This document shows positions 8,355 to 17,571 of a DNA stretch of 64,000 nucleotides, piece after piece. A program made the position numbers and the translations under genes. This DNA comes from Actinomycetes bacterium (GTDB lineage: Bacteria > Actinomycetota > Acidimicrobiia > Acidimicrobiales > Bog-793), in assembly GCA_021818615.1 (NCBI GenBank), contig JAKATT010000136.1:37981-101980 (forward strand). Reading direction: 5' to 3'. The notes below the pieces were generated by a model. The model saw nothing but the letters and a program-made list of their open reading frames with translations, made no database searches and was not told where the DNA came from. Positions within the stretch are counted from its first letter, which is position 1. The number at the start of each line of letters is the position of its first letter.

Positions 8355-10115
8355 ATGTTGAGAAAGGCTCGTCGATCATTTCAACCACGTCTCGTGGTGT
8401 TGGTGCCACTCTTCGTGGTCACCGCCCTGATGCCGGTAGCTGTGAGCCCAATTCCTGCCGCGGCCGGCCTGTTCAAGCAACCAAGAGTTGTGTCGACGAG
8501 GTACACCTACGATCTCGCTACGGCGAGCGGCGAGGTGCTGGCCTTCGGTGGTGCCCGCTCGTTCGGCTCGGCGATCAGCTACAACCTCCCAGCTCCGATC
8601 GTCGGGATCGCCTCGACATCGGACCTGCTCGGGTATTGGCTGGTCGGCGCGGACGGGAGCGTGTACGCCTTCGGCGACGCCGTGCTGCACGGCTCCCTCG
8701 CCGGCAAGCTCACAGCGCCTGACCACGTGATCGCCATCCTGCCGACAGCTGATGACGGCGGCTACTGGCTCGTCGATGCGAACGGCGTCATAAGACCGTT
8801 CGGCGACGCTCACCGCATCGGGCCGGGCAGGCTGCCGCCTGCCGACCTGTCGACACCCATTGTCAGCGCCGCCGTCATGCGCAACGGGCTCGGTGCCTGG
8901 CTGACCAACGCTGCCGGTGAGGTGTTCACGATAGGCGGGGCCGTGTCGTACGGTTCGCTCGCCGGCACGACGCTGGCCAGCCCGGTGACTGGAATGGCTG
9001 CCACGCCGAGCGGGCTCGGCTACTGGCTGACCGAGGCGAACGGGAGCACCTACGCTTTCGGCAACGCGGTGCCGAGCGGCACTGCGACGAAGACGATCCC
9101 CGGCTCGGTGGTCGGGATCGTGCCTGCCGCCGACCGGTGGGGCTATTGGGCTGTCTCCGACAAGGGCTACGTCGTCGCCGGCGGCGACGCGAGGTCGCGC
9201 GGAGGGACCACGCTGAAGGCGACCGGCTCGCCGGTCGTCGGCATCGCTCTGGCGCAGAAATGGGTCCCCTCTCCCGTGGGGGGCGGGTTTCCTTCCGGCA
9301 GCGTCGGCTACGACGTCAACTGGCCTCAGTGCTCGGGCAGCCATGCGGGGAACCTTCCCGGGCCTCCCGGCGACATTGCGGGCTCGGCGGCCTACTCGAT
9401 TGCCATCGTCGGCGTCGACGGTTGGGCCGTCGGCTCTGACAACCCATGCCTCGCGGCCGAGATCGCTTGGGCGAAGAACGCGACCGAGCCGGCGGGGCAC
9501 TCCCCGGGTACCCCGGCCTACGACCTGTACATCTTCCTCAACTCTCCGGCCTCCACGTCCACGATCGACCAGAGCGGACCCGCCGGCACGTGCTCGAAGC
9601 TGTCCGGCGGCGCCAAGGACCACTGCCTCGCCTACAACTACGGCTACAACGCCGCGATCGATGCGATCTCGTACGCGAGCTCGCAAGGGGCGAGCGCCAC
9701 GCGGTGGTGGCTCGACATCGAGAACGACGCGTGCGCGCCTGGCATCTACAACGACATCAGCAACGGCGAGTACTGGTCGTGCAACCAGGAGCTCAACTCA
9801 GCGACGATTCAGGCGGCGCTCGACGCCGTCCGTTCGAAGGGCCTCACGGCGGGCATCTACTCGACGTCGATCCAGTACAAGGGCATCACCGGTGGCTACG
9901 TGCCGACCGGAGGCTCTGGCCCGCTGCCGCTCTGGATCGCCGGTGCCAACTGGACCTCTCCCCCCTACCCTTCCTCCACTGGCTACCCGGCGCCGTCGGC
10001 GAACGCCGCCTACTGCGCCGGGGGCTCGCTCGCCTTTGCCGGAGGGCAGCCGGTGATCCTCCAGGAGACCCCTGGACCGAACGGCTACCCCTTCGACCCT
10101 GACTACGCCTGCTAG
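8355..10115 (+). CDS. Secreted protein: six GYWL/FGDA repeats plus C-terminal glycoside-hydrolase-like (DUF1906/GH25-like) domain
   Basis: Signal-like N-terminus (LVVLVPLFVVTALMPVAVSPIPAAA). Six repeats of about 48 aa (..GYWLVGADGSVYAFGDAVLHGSLAG..PVVGIA..). C-terminal GYDVNWPQCSG..WWLDIEND motif. Domain names recalled from memory, not searched. Confidence 0.6.
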   Translation: MLRKARRSFQPRLVVLVPLFVVTALMPVAVSPIPAAAGLFKQPRVVSTRYTYDLATASGEVLAFGGARSFGSAISYNLPAPIVGIASTSDLLGYWLVGADGSVYAFGDAVLHGSLAGKLTAPDHVIAILPTADDGGYWLVDANGVIRPFGDAHRIGPGRLPPADLSTPIVSAAVMRNGLGAWLTNAAGEVFTIGGAVSYGSLAGTTLASPVTGMAATPSGLGYWLTEANGSTYAFGNAVPSGTATKTIPGSVVGIVPAADRWGYWAVSDKGYVVAGGDARSRGGTTLKATGSPVVGIALAQKWVPSPVGGGFPSGSVGYDVNWPQCSGSHAGNLPGPPGDIAGSAAYSIAIVGVDGWAVGSDNPCLAAEIAWAKNATEPAGHSPGTPAYDLYIFLNSPASTSTIDQSGPAGTCSKLSGGAKDHCLAYNYGYNAAIDAISYASSQGASATRWWLDIENDACAPGIYNDISNGEYWSCNQELNSATIQAALDAVRSKGLTAGIYSTSIQYKGITGGYVPTGGSGPLPLWIAGANWTSPPYPSSTGYPAPSANAAYCAGGSLAFAGGQPVILQETPGPNGYPFDPDYAC

Positions 10116-10119
10116 AGAA

Positions 10120-10869
10120 CTAACGCTCGCCCTCGTAGGCGACCCAGTTCGGGGGCGGTGTACGAAGCCCGTGCCCGGCTCCCCACGCCTCTTTGTCGAG
10201 GTGGGCAGCATCGTTGTAGCGCACGAACCACCATCGCTTGCCCGTCCACGACCACTCTGTCATCGACGAGTTGTCGGCGAACCCGCGAAAACCCGCTCCG
10301 TTCGAAGGGACGCCGAGGAACCTGATCACCGACGCGCCGACTAGGCCGCCATGGCCGGCAATGACGACGAGCCGGCCAGCGTGGCGCGTCAGCACCTCGT
10401 AGAACGCAGCCTCTGCCCGGTCGAGGAACCTGGCCCAGGACTCGCCGCCCGGTGCGAGCACGCGTTCGTCGTCCACGCCTGGGACCTCGCGCCCGTAGAC
10501 GGCCTCGTAGTCCTTCCATGTCATGCCGTCCGCTTCCCCGACATGGCGCTCGCACAACGAGCACGTCTGCTCGATGGAGAGGCCCCCGAGGGCAGGCGCG
10601 AGGAGCTGGGCCGTCTCGATGGCCCGCGGCAGGATGCTGGAGTAGAGGGCGGCGGCGCCTTCGAGCTCCCCGGTACGCCGCAGGCGATCGGCCAGCGCCG
10701 CCACCTGGCGCCGCCCATGCTCGGTGAGGCCCTTGCAGGTCTCATGGCCGCCGAGAGTGTCCTCGGCGTTGCTCACTGCCTCGCCGTGACGCACGATCAC
10801 GAGGCGCGTCCCAGGGGCTAATTGGTCGTAGTCCAGCCTCGCGCGGCTGGCGAGCGGAAGAGCACGCAC
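10120..10869 (-). CDS. Histidine phosphatase (phosphoglycerate mutase-like) family protein
   Basis: RLVIVRHGEAVSN (RHG motif), TEHGRRQ, VVIAGHGGLV. Start placed at GTG 10869 to avoid overlap with the VWA gene; start uncertain. Confidence 0.75.
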   Translation of the reverse strand: MRALPLASRARLDYDQLAPGTRLVIVRHGEAVSNAEDTLGGHETCKGLTEHGRRQVAALADRLRRTGELEGAAALYSSILPRAIETAQLLAPALGGLSIEQTCSLCERHVGEADGMTWKDYEAVYGREVPGVDDERVLAPGGESWARFLDRAEAAFYEVLTRHAGRLVVIAGHGGLVGASVIRFLGVPSNGAGFRGFADNSSMTEWSWTGKRWWFVRYNDAAHLDKEAWGAGHGLRTPPPNWVAYEGER

Positions 10870-10886
10870 GACAGGGAGGCTACGGG

Positions 10887-12404
10887 CTAGACCAGGTGCT
10901 CGACGAAGCCCTCGAGCTGGCGCAGGTTGCGGCACTCGAAGACGCCATCGCAGAACTGGGCGTAGTGCTCGACGATCGAGTCGCCGCTCCCCCAGTAAGA
11001 ACGTGGCTCGGGATTCAGCCAGTACACACGGCGCGCCCGCTGCGCCAGCTCCTTCACCACCCAGGCCTCGGGCGAATGGTAGTTCGAACGGGCGTCGCCA
11101 AGAAGGATGATGCTCGTCTTCGGGCCGACGTCGCCTCCCCACCGCTGCCAGAAGACAGCGAGGGCGTGGCCGTAGTCGGAATGTCCGTCCACCCAGACGA
11201 CATCGGCCTCCTGGTTGACCCGGTGCACCGCCTCGCCCACAGTCTCGGCGCGATCGAAGATGCCCGTCACCTCGTCGATGCCGTCAATGAACACGAAGCT
11301 GCGCACCTGGGAGAACTGCGATGCGATCGCGTGCACGAGATGGAGCGTGAACCGGGCGAACGCCGCCACCGAGCCAGAGATGTCGGCGATCACGAACAGC
11401 TCCGGCTTTGTCGGCTTCGGATGCCGGAAACGTGGCTCGGCCGGCACCCCCCCGTACGACAACGAGTGCCGCATGGTGGCGCGGAAGTCGAGCGCGCCCC
11501 GGCGCAGGTGGCGGTGCTTGCGAGCGAGGCGCGCCTGCAGCTTGCGCGTGAGCGGCTGGACCGCCCTTCGCATCTGGACGAGCTCGTCGCGGGTCGCGTG
11601 CATGAAGTCGACGTCCTCGGGAAGCGGCTTGCGCAGCGACTTGGCAAGCGCCTCGACACCACGGTCTGCGACGAGCCGGCGCCGTATCTCGGCCTCGATC
11701 GCTCGGCGGAGATCATCGATGCGTGCCTTGTACTCGTCCTCGAGCAGGCGCTCTTCCAGGGGGCTCAGGTGCCCGAGCCTGCGCCCGCGGATCACCGGCC
11801 CGAGGTCCTCCCCGGCGCTGGCGGCGGGCTGCGTCCCCGGACCCTCCACCGCTGCGCGCGCCTCGCCGATGAGGCGGGCGAGGGCACCGTCGAGGTCGAG
11901 GTTCCTAAGCGTGCGGTACAGGTAGTACGTGCCACCGACAGGGCGCCCTGGCTCCATGCCGGCGTACCGCCCGACAGCGAGGCGGGCGACCGCTGCGAGC
12001 ATCGAGGAGTCCCCCTCGCTCAACGCCTTGTAGAGCATGGCAGCGAGCTCCTCCGGGCTCACCGCCTCCCCCCCTCCCGCACCCCGCTCAGCCTGGCCCA
12101 GACCTCTGCTCCCGTCGGCTCCTGAAGCGCCGTCCTCGTCCCCAGGCGCGCCGTCGCCACCGTCGGCTCCATCGATCGCGTACTGCGGGCCGCGCAGCGA
12201 GAAGTACACCTCGAACGCCGTGTCGAAGGCTCTCCAATGGGCCGAGGACTTCACCAGCGTCGCCCCGAGGGCGTACTTGATCGCCTGGCGGTCCTCGAGG
12301 GGCAGGTGCCGGATCGCCTCGGCGGCATCGGCCGCCTCGGTCACCGAGACGGGAAGGCCCACCTGCCGGAGCTCGCCGACGAAGCCGGTCAGGACGTCGA
12401 GCAC
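10887..12404 (-). CDS. VWA domain protein, CoxE-like (MoxR partner)
   Basis: MIDAS-type DxSxS (FVIADISGSVAAF), FVFIDGIDEVT, ILLGDARSNY. Lies immediately downstream of the MoxR ATPase. Confidence 0.75.
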   Translation of the reverse strand: MLDVLTGFVGELRQVGLPVSVTEAADAAEAIRHLPLEDRQAIKYALGATLVKSSAHWRAFDTAFEVYFSLRGPQYAIDGADGGDGAPGDEDGASGADGSRGLGQAERGAGGGEAVSPEELAAMLYKALSEGDSSMLAAVARLAVGRYAGMEPGRPVGGTYYLYRTLRNLDLDGALARLIGEARAAVEGPGTQPAASAGEDLGPVIRGRRLGHLSPLEERLLEDEYKARIDDLRRAIEAEIRRRLVADRGVEALAKSLRKPLPEDVDFMHATRDELVQMRRAVQPLTRKLQARLARKHRHLRRGALDFRATMRHSLSYGGVPAEPRFRHPKPTKPELFVIADISGSVAAFARFTLHLVHAIASQFSQVRSFVFIDGIDEVTGIFDRAETVGEAVHRVNQEADVVWVDGHSDYGHALAVFWQRWGGDVGPKTSIILLGDARSNYHSPEAWVVKELAQRARRVYWLNPEPRSYWGSGDSIVEHYAQFCDGVFECRNLRQLEGFVEHLV

Positions 12405-12426
12405 GCCGGCGCTGGCTCCCCGGCGC

Positions 12427-13416
12427 TCAGGCCGGCGCCCGCCTGGTCGCGGCGGCGACCTCCTTGGCGGCAGTCTCGATGTCGGAGCGGTACTTGAGGA
12501 GCAGGTGGAGCGTGTCGCGAGCGGTCTGCTCGTCGACGGAGTCGATGCCGAGGAGCACGAGAGTGCGGGCCCAGTCGAGCGTCTCGGAGATCGAGGGATG
12601 CTTCTTCAACTCGAGCGAGCGGAGCGATCTCACGATGCGCGCCACCTGATCGGCCAGCTCCTCGGTGATACCCGGCACCTTGGCGAGCACGATCTCACGC
12701 TCGCGCTCGACCGACGGATAGTCGAGATGGAGGAAGAGGCAGCGCCGCTTCAAGGCCTCCGAGAGCTCTCTCGTGTTGTTCGAGGTGAGGAAGACGAGCG
12801 GGATCTGGGTCGCCCTCACCGTTCCGAGCTCCGGGATGGAGACCTGGTAGTCGGAGAGTATCTCGAGCAGGAGCGCCTCGGTCTCGATCTCGACCCGATC
12901 CACCTCGTCCACCAGCAGGACCACTGGCTCGCTCGCCCTGATCGCCTCGAGGAGCGGGCGGGTGAGCAGGAACTCCTCGGAGAAGATGTCCTCCTCGAGC
13001 TCCTCCCAACCTGCTCGGCGAGCCTCGTCCGGCGTGGCACTCTCGACCTGGATCCGAAGCAGCTGCTTCTTGTAGTTCCACTCGTAGAGCGCCTTCGCCT
13101 CGTCGAGACCCTCGTAGCACTGCAGCCGGATCAGCCGGGCACCTGTGAGGCGAGAGACTGACTTGGCGAGCTCGGTCTTTCCCGTGCCGGCGGGACCTTC
13201 GACAAGCACAGGCTTCGCGAGTCGATCAGCGAGGTAGACCACACCTGCGAGACCGTCGTCGGCGAGGTACCCGACCTCGCGCAGCCGCTCGCGCAGCTCG
13301 GGCACAGAGGCGAAGCGCGGCTCGCCGATCGGGAGCTCCTCCGACGCTCGCGCCGCACCGAGGCCCTTTGGCTGCTCGCCTGGCGACGCTTCGTCGCTCC
13401 GGGCCGAGATGGTCAC
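12427..13416 (-). CDS. MoxR-family AAA+ ATPase
   Basis: Walker A VLVEGPAGTGKTELAK; RLQCYEGLDEAKALYEWNY; Walker B VVLLVDEVDR; FLTSNNTRELSEALKRRC. GTG 13416 overlaps proA stop (GTGA); the longer ORF is a shadow over proA. Confidence 0.85.
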   Translation of the reverse strand: MTISARSDEASPGEQPKGLGAARASEELPIGEPRFASVPELRERLREVGYLADDGLAGVVYLADRLAKPVLVEGPAGTGKTELAKSVSRLTGARLIRLQCYEGLDEAKALYEWNYKKQLLRIQVESATPDEARRAGWEELEEDIFSEEFLLTRPLLEAIRASEPVVLLVDEVDRVEIETEALLLEILSDYQVSIPELGTVRATQIPLVFLTSNNTRELSEALKRRCLFLHLDYPSVEREREIVLAKVPGITEELADQVARIVRSLRSLELKKHPSISETLDWARTLVLLGIDSVDEQTARDTLHLLLKYRSDIETAAKEVAAATRRAPA

Positions 13417-14684
13417 GTCCTCGTCTGTCCTTGCCCATAGATGACGTACTTGGCGGTCGTGAGCTCGCGCAGGCCCATCGGCCCGCGAGCATGCAGCTTC
13501 TGAGTGGATATGCCGATCTCCGCCCCTAGGCCGAGCTCGCCGCCGTCCACGAAACGGGTCGAAGCGTTCACGAGCACGGCGGCCGCGTCGACCTCGCGGA
13601 CAAAGCGCGTCGCAGCGCCGAGGTCGCTCGTCACGATCGCCTCCGAATGGCCCGATGAGTACCGGCGGATGTGGGCGATCGCCGACTCGAGGCCGTCGAC
13701 GACCGCGACCGAGCACCGCAGGTCAAGGAACTCGGTCGCAAAGTCGGCCTCGGTCGCCGGCGCGATGCCCTTGCCGAGTATCGCCCTCGTCGGCTCGTCA
13801 CCAAGCAGCTCGACGCCATGCGTTCCGAGCAGGCGAGCCACCCGCGGCAGGAACTCGCCGGCGACGGCGGCATCGACTACCAGCGACTCCATGGCGTTGC
13901 AAACGCTCGGACGGGATGTCTTGGCGTTGACGACAATACGCTCGGCCATGTCGAGATCGGCCGAGCGATGCACGTAGACGTGGCAATTCCCATCGCCGTC
14001 GATGACATATGGCACCGACGCCGTCGCACGCACCATGTCGATGAGCGCCGCCCCTCCCCGGGGGACGAGGCAGTCGATCACGCCGCTCATCCGGACGAAG
14101 TGCTCGGCGGTCTCGTGACTGGTGTCCTCGACGAGCACGACGCCGTCCTCGGGGAGCGCCGCCTTTCTGAGCGCCTCCCTCAGGATCGCCGCAACCGCCC
14201 TGTTCGACTCGAGCGCGCCTGACGAGCCGCGGAGGAATGCTGCGTTCCCTGCCTTGAGGCAGAGGGCGGCTGCATCCGCCGTCACATTGGGGCGGTTCTC
14301 GTAGATGACTCCGACCACGCCGAGCGGGACGCGCACGCGTTGCACCTCGAGCCCGTTCGGGCGCCGGTGTCCCTCGACGATCTCGCCCACCGGGTCGGGC
14401 AGCTCCGCCACCGCCCTTAGTCCGTCGGCCATCTGGGCGACGCGGCGCTCGTCGAGGCGCAAGCGGTCGACCACGGTCGCCGTCACGTCCCCGCCGACTG
14501 CCCGGTCGACGTCTGCTTCGTTGGCACGGAGTATCTCGGCCGATCTCGCCGCGAGCAGGTCCGCACCGAGCAGCAGCGCCTCGTTCTTCGCCGCAGTCGT
14601 TGCGAGCGCGAGCACCCGTGCCGCCTCGCGGGCACGGCCCCCGAGACGCTCGAGCTCCTGGTGAGCGCTGGTGAGATCGGCCAT
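13413..14684 (-). CDS. proA: Glutamate-5-semialdehyde dehydrogenase
   Basis: VGVIYENRPNVT, CNAMESLVV (catalytic Cys), HSEAIVT, VNASTRFVDGGELGLGAEIGISTQKLHARGPMGL. Confidence 0.92.
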   Translation of the reverse strand: MADLTSAHQELERLGGRAREAARVLALATTAAKNEALLLGADLLAARSAEILRANEADVDRAVGGDVTATVVDRLRLDERRVAQMADGLRAVAELPDPVGEIVEGHRRPNGLEVQRVRVPLGVVGVIYENRPNVTADAAALCLKAGNAAFLRGSSGALESNRAVAAILREALRKAALPEDGVVLVEDTSHETAEHFVRMSGVIDCLVPRGGAALIDMVRATASVPYVIDGDGNCHVYVHRSADLDMAERIVVNAKTSRPSVCNAMESLVVDAAVAGEFLPRVARLLGTHGVELLGDEPTRAILGKGIAPATEADFATEFLDLRCSVAVVDGLESAIAHIRRYSSGHSEAIVTSDLGAATRFVREVDAAAVLVNASTRFVDGGELGLGAEIGISTQKLHARGPMGLRELTTAKYVIYGQGQTRT

Positions 14685-14725
14685 GCCACAGGCTACCCGC
14701 ACCCGCGCGGGCGGCGGCGAGAAGC

Positions 14726-15643
14726 TCAGTCCACCGGCACCCCGAGCGCAGCTCGCAGGCGCTCCAGCTGCCAGGCGAGCTCGCCGGCGCCTGCCGCGGC
14801 CCCATTGGCATCAGCTGCGGCGTCGCGCGCCCGCGACGCGGCGTCGCGGGCCGCAACCCAGGCGGGCACGATGCCGGCACGGCGACCACCGATGAAGCTT
14901 CCCCAGGGCGTGTCTACAGGCTCGGGCGGCGGTTGAAGCGCTCCGCTGTCCTCCTCGTAGCGGACGTTCTCGCTCTCGAGCAGTTGTGGAACCGCCTCGT
15001 GACGCAGGGCCTCGACGGCGGACAGAACCGCGTCGCGCGCCGCCGCGAGGGCTTCCCAGTCGGGATCGTCGAGGGCGTCGACGTCGGCTGCCTCGTCCTC
15101 GAGCGTGATCGAGAATGCCAGGTCGCCGATGTCGTCGCCTCGCTTGCGCAGGCGGCGCGCCGTGGCGATGCGCGAGATCCGCCCGAGGAGCCCAGTGTCG
15201 CCGTCCGAGCTCTCGAGCCAGGAGCGGGCGGCTCTGAGGACCTCGCCGAGAGTCGCCCCGCTTGGCAGCCAGAGCCGACCGGGATCGACCAGCACGTGTT
15301 CGGCGCAGTCAAGGGCGAAGCGGGCCGCCGCCTGCACGTTCCAGGCGGTCTCGGCGGAGAGCCGGGCGGAGTCGACCTCCACCACACCAGGCAGCCTGGC
15401 CTCGGCACCGGACGGCGGAGCTATCTCAGCGACGAAGATGCGCTCGCCGAGCTCGCCGAGAAGACCGGTCAAGCTGAACAGCGGCAGGCCCGTCAGCGCC
15501 GACTGCGCAGCTTTGTCACCTGAGTCGAGCCACTCGCCGGGACGGCCGCTCGGGTGCGGCAGCGGCCAGCGGAACTCCTCTTCCATGTAGTACTCGACGC
15601 CGCGGGCGTCGGTCGGCACGAACAGCGCGTCGGTCTCGCTCAC
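14726..15643 (-). CDS. Hypothetical protein with Ala/Asp-rich helical C-terminus
   Basis: High-GC3 frame from GTG 15643 (VSETDALFVPTDARGVEYYMEEEFRWPL..). Ends in AARDAASRARDAAADANGAAAGAGELAWQLERL. No family recognised; upstream part of the ORF treated as shadow. Confidence 0.45.
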   Translation of the reverse strand: MSETDALFVPTDARGVEYYMEEEFRWPLPHPSGRPGEWLDSGDKAAQSALTGLPLFSLTGLLGELGERIFVAEIAPPSGAEARLPGVVEVDSARLSAETAWNVQAAARFALDCAEHVLVDPGRLWLPSGATLGEVLRAARSWLESSDGDTGLLGRISRIATARRLRKRGDDIGDLAFSITLEDEAADVDALDDPDWEALAAARDAVLSAVEALRHEAVPQLLESENVRYEEDSGALQPPPEPVDTPWGSFIGGRRAGIVPAWVAARDAASRARDAAADANGAAAGAGELAWQLERLRAALGVPVD

Positions 15644-15711
15644 GCGGCCAGCCTCCCACAGCTGGCGCGAACCGACGTGCGAGGTGGTCAACTTCTCGCA
15701 ATGATGGCGGC

Positions 15712-16398
15712 ATGACGGCGCACAGCGGCCCGCGGTGGTTCGAAGAGGCGCTCGCTCGCAGCGGCGCGAACGAGCGGCTGGCTGCCCAGCTGCGTTTTGT
15801 GCTGGAGCTCGACAAGGCAAAGACGGTGCTCCGCCGCACCTACCTGACCGACGGGTCGAGGCTCGAGGACGACGCTCAGCACATGTGGCACGCGCTGATG
15901 GCCGCAATCGTGCTCGCCGAGCACGCGGCCGAGCGAGTCGACCCAATCCGCCTTGCCCTCATGCTCGCGGTCCACGACGTCGTCGAGATCGATGCCGGTG
16001 ACACCTTCATCTATGACGATGCAGGGATGGCAACCAAGACCGAGCGCGAGCGGCTGGCCGCCGACCGCATCTTCGGCATCCTTCCCCCCGACCAGCAAGA
16101 GCTGTTTCGGCAGCTCTGGGAAGAGTTCGAGGAGCACGACACGGCGACCGCACGGATGGCCACCGCCATCGACAGGCTGCTCCCGTTGCTCATGAACCGC
16201 GCCCTCGACGGGCGTTCCTGGCGAGAGCACGGCGTCAGCTTCGAGCGGGTCTACGCCCGCAACTCGACCATCGAGCAGGGATCGCCAGCTCTCTGGGCAG
16301 TTGGTCGTCAGGTGCTCGAGCAGGCGACAGCCGAGAGCCTGTTTGGCGCCGGTCCGGGTGCTCGGGGTGCCCCGCCCGGCGGCGAGGCGGAGGGCTAG
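15712..16398 (+). CDS. HD-domain phosphohydrolase (YfbR-like 5'-nucleotidase family)
   Basis: EDDAQHMWHALMAAIVLAE..LMLAVHDVVEIDAGDTF (H..HD..D metal ligands), ATARMATAIDRLLPLL. Confidence 0.75.
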   Translation: MTAHSGPRWFEEALARSGANERLAAQLRFVLELDKAKTVLRRTYLTDGSRLEDDAQHMWHALMAAIVLAEHAAERVDPIRLALMLAVHDVVEIDAGDTFIYDDAGMATKTERERLAADRIFGILPPDQQELFRQLWEEFEEHDTATARMATAIDRLLPLLMNRALDGRSWREHGVSFERVYARNSTIEQGSPALWAVGRQVLEQATAESLFGAGPGARGAPPGGEAEG

Positions 16399-16407
16399 GA
16401 GGCTCCC

Positions 16408-17571
16408 CTAGACGAGCACGACGAGGTCGTCGCGGTGGACGATCTCGGGCGGCACGTCCGGCGGAAGTTCGGCCGTCCTGCGCCCCATCCACTCCCCGGC
16501 CCGGGCCGAGGGGGCCCGAACAATTCCCTTCGCGAAGACGATCCCGTCGCTCCCGGCGATCTCGACGGCATCCTTCGGTGAGAATCGTCCGCTCACCTCG
16601 AGCACGCCGCTCGGCAGGAGGCTGGTCCCCCGCTCGAGCAGGGCGCGCCGGGCACCGTCGTCGACGACGAGGCGGCCGCACGGCCGCAGGGCAAATGCGA
16701 TCCAGAGCTTGCGGGCGTTCAACACCCTGCGGTGCGCGAGGAACACCGTGCCGACGGTGCCTGCGCCGCGCACCGAATCCACCAGCACGCTGGGCCGCTC
16801 CGCAGCGGCGATCACGGTGCGCACCCCGGACCACGATGCCATCTTGGCAGCCGCCAGCTTGGATGCCATGCCACCGCGCGCGTTGTCACTCCCGGGCCCG
16901 CCGGCGGCGAGCTCGAGCTCGTGTCCGATCTCGACCACCTCCTCGATCAGTGTCGCTGCCTCGTCGACGCGCGGGTCGGCCGAGAAGAGCCCGGCCGTAT
17001 CGGTCAGCAGGACCAGCAAGTCAGCCTGGAGGAGATGGGCGACGAGGGCGGCGAGCCGGTCGTTGTCGCCGAAGCGGATCTCGTCGTCGGCAATGGCATC
17101 GTTCTCGTTCACGATGGGAACGATGCCGAGGTCGATGAGGCGCCTCAGAGTGTCGCGCGCATGCAGGTAGCGGGCCCGGTGTGCGAAGTCGGTCGGGGCG
17201 AGGAGCACCTGGCCGGCGATGAGGCCGACTCGCCCGAGCGCGTCGTCGTAGACCCGCATCAGACGGTGCTGGCCGATGGCGGACAACGCCTGCAACGCGA
17301 CCGGATCGGTCGGGCGCCTTGTGTCGCCACCGGCGGCCAGCACGGCAACCCCGGCGGTGACCGCCCCGGAGGTCACGACGACGGCCTTGTGGCCGGAGGA
17401 GAGCAGCTCCGCCAGCTCGGTGCCCAGCTTGAGCACGGCACCCTCGTCCACCCCTCCGTCCGGGCGCGTGACGGAGCTGGTGCCGATCTTCACCACGACT
17501 ATCACGGCACCAACCTTGTCACGGCGCCGAGGATGCCGCGCACGCCGGCATCCTCGGCGCCGTTCAGCCAT
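16408..17571 (-). CDS. proB: Glutamate 5-kinase
   Basis: VVVKIGTSSVT, VVVTSGAV, IVPIVNENDA, FGDNDRLAALVA, C-terminal PUA-like LLPSGVLEVSG. ATG 17571 overlaps the obg 3' end by 8 nt. Confidence 0.9.
   Translation of the reverse strand: MAERRRGCRRARHPRRRDKVGAVIVVVKIGTSSVTRPDGGVDEGAVLKLGTELAELLSSGHKAVVVTSGAVTAGVAVLAAGGDTRRPTDPVALQALSAIGQHRLMRVYDDALGRVGLIAGQVLLAPTDFAHRARYLHARDTLRRLIDLGIVPIVNENDAIADDEIRFGDNDRLAALVAHLLQADLLVLLTDTAGLFSADPRVDEAATLIEEVVEIGHELELAAGGPGSDNARGGMASKLAAAKMASWSGVRTVIAAAERPSVLVDSVRGAGTVGTVFLAHRRVLNARKLWIAFALRPCGRLVVDDGARRALLERGTSLLPSGVLEVSGRFSPKDAVEIAGSDGIVFAKGIVRAPSARAGEWMGRRTAELPPDVPPEIVHRDDLVVLV

Noticed and set aside
8376-9686. 436-aa antisense ORF opposite the secreted repeat protein. 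The same applies to similar long shadows at 1225..2508, 10896..12125, 12037..13161, 13798..14889, 20089..21456, 23625..24524, 45187..46293, 52533..53747, 54242..55144, 56606..57718 and 62672..63907
   Set aside because: These are typical high-GC stop-free antisense or off-frame ORFs. They have Arg/Gly/Pro-dominated composition and no recognisable motifs. Each lies opposite or over a gene with clear family signatures.
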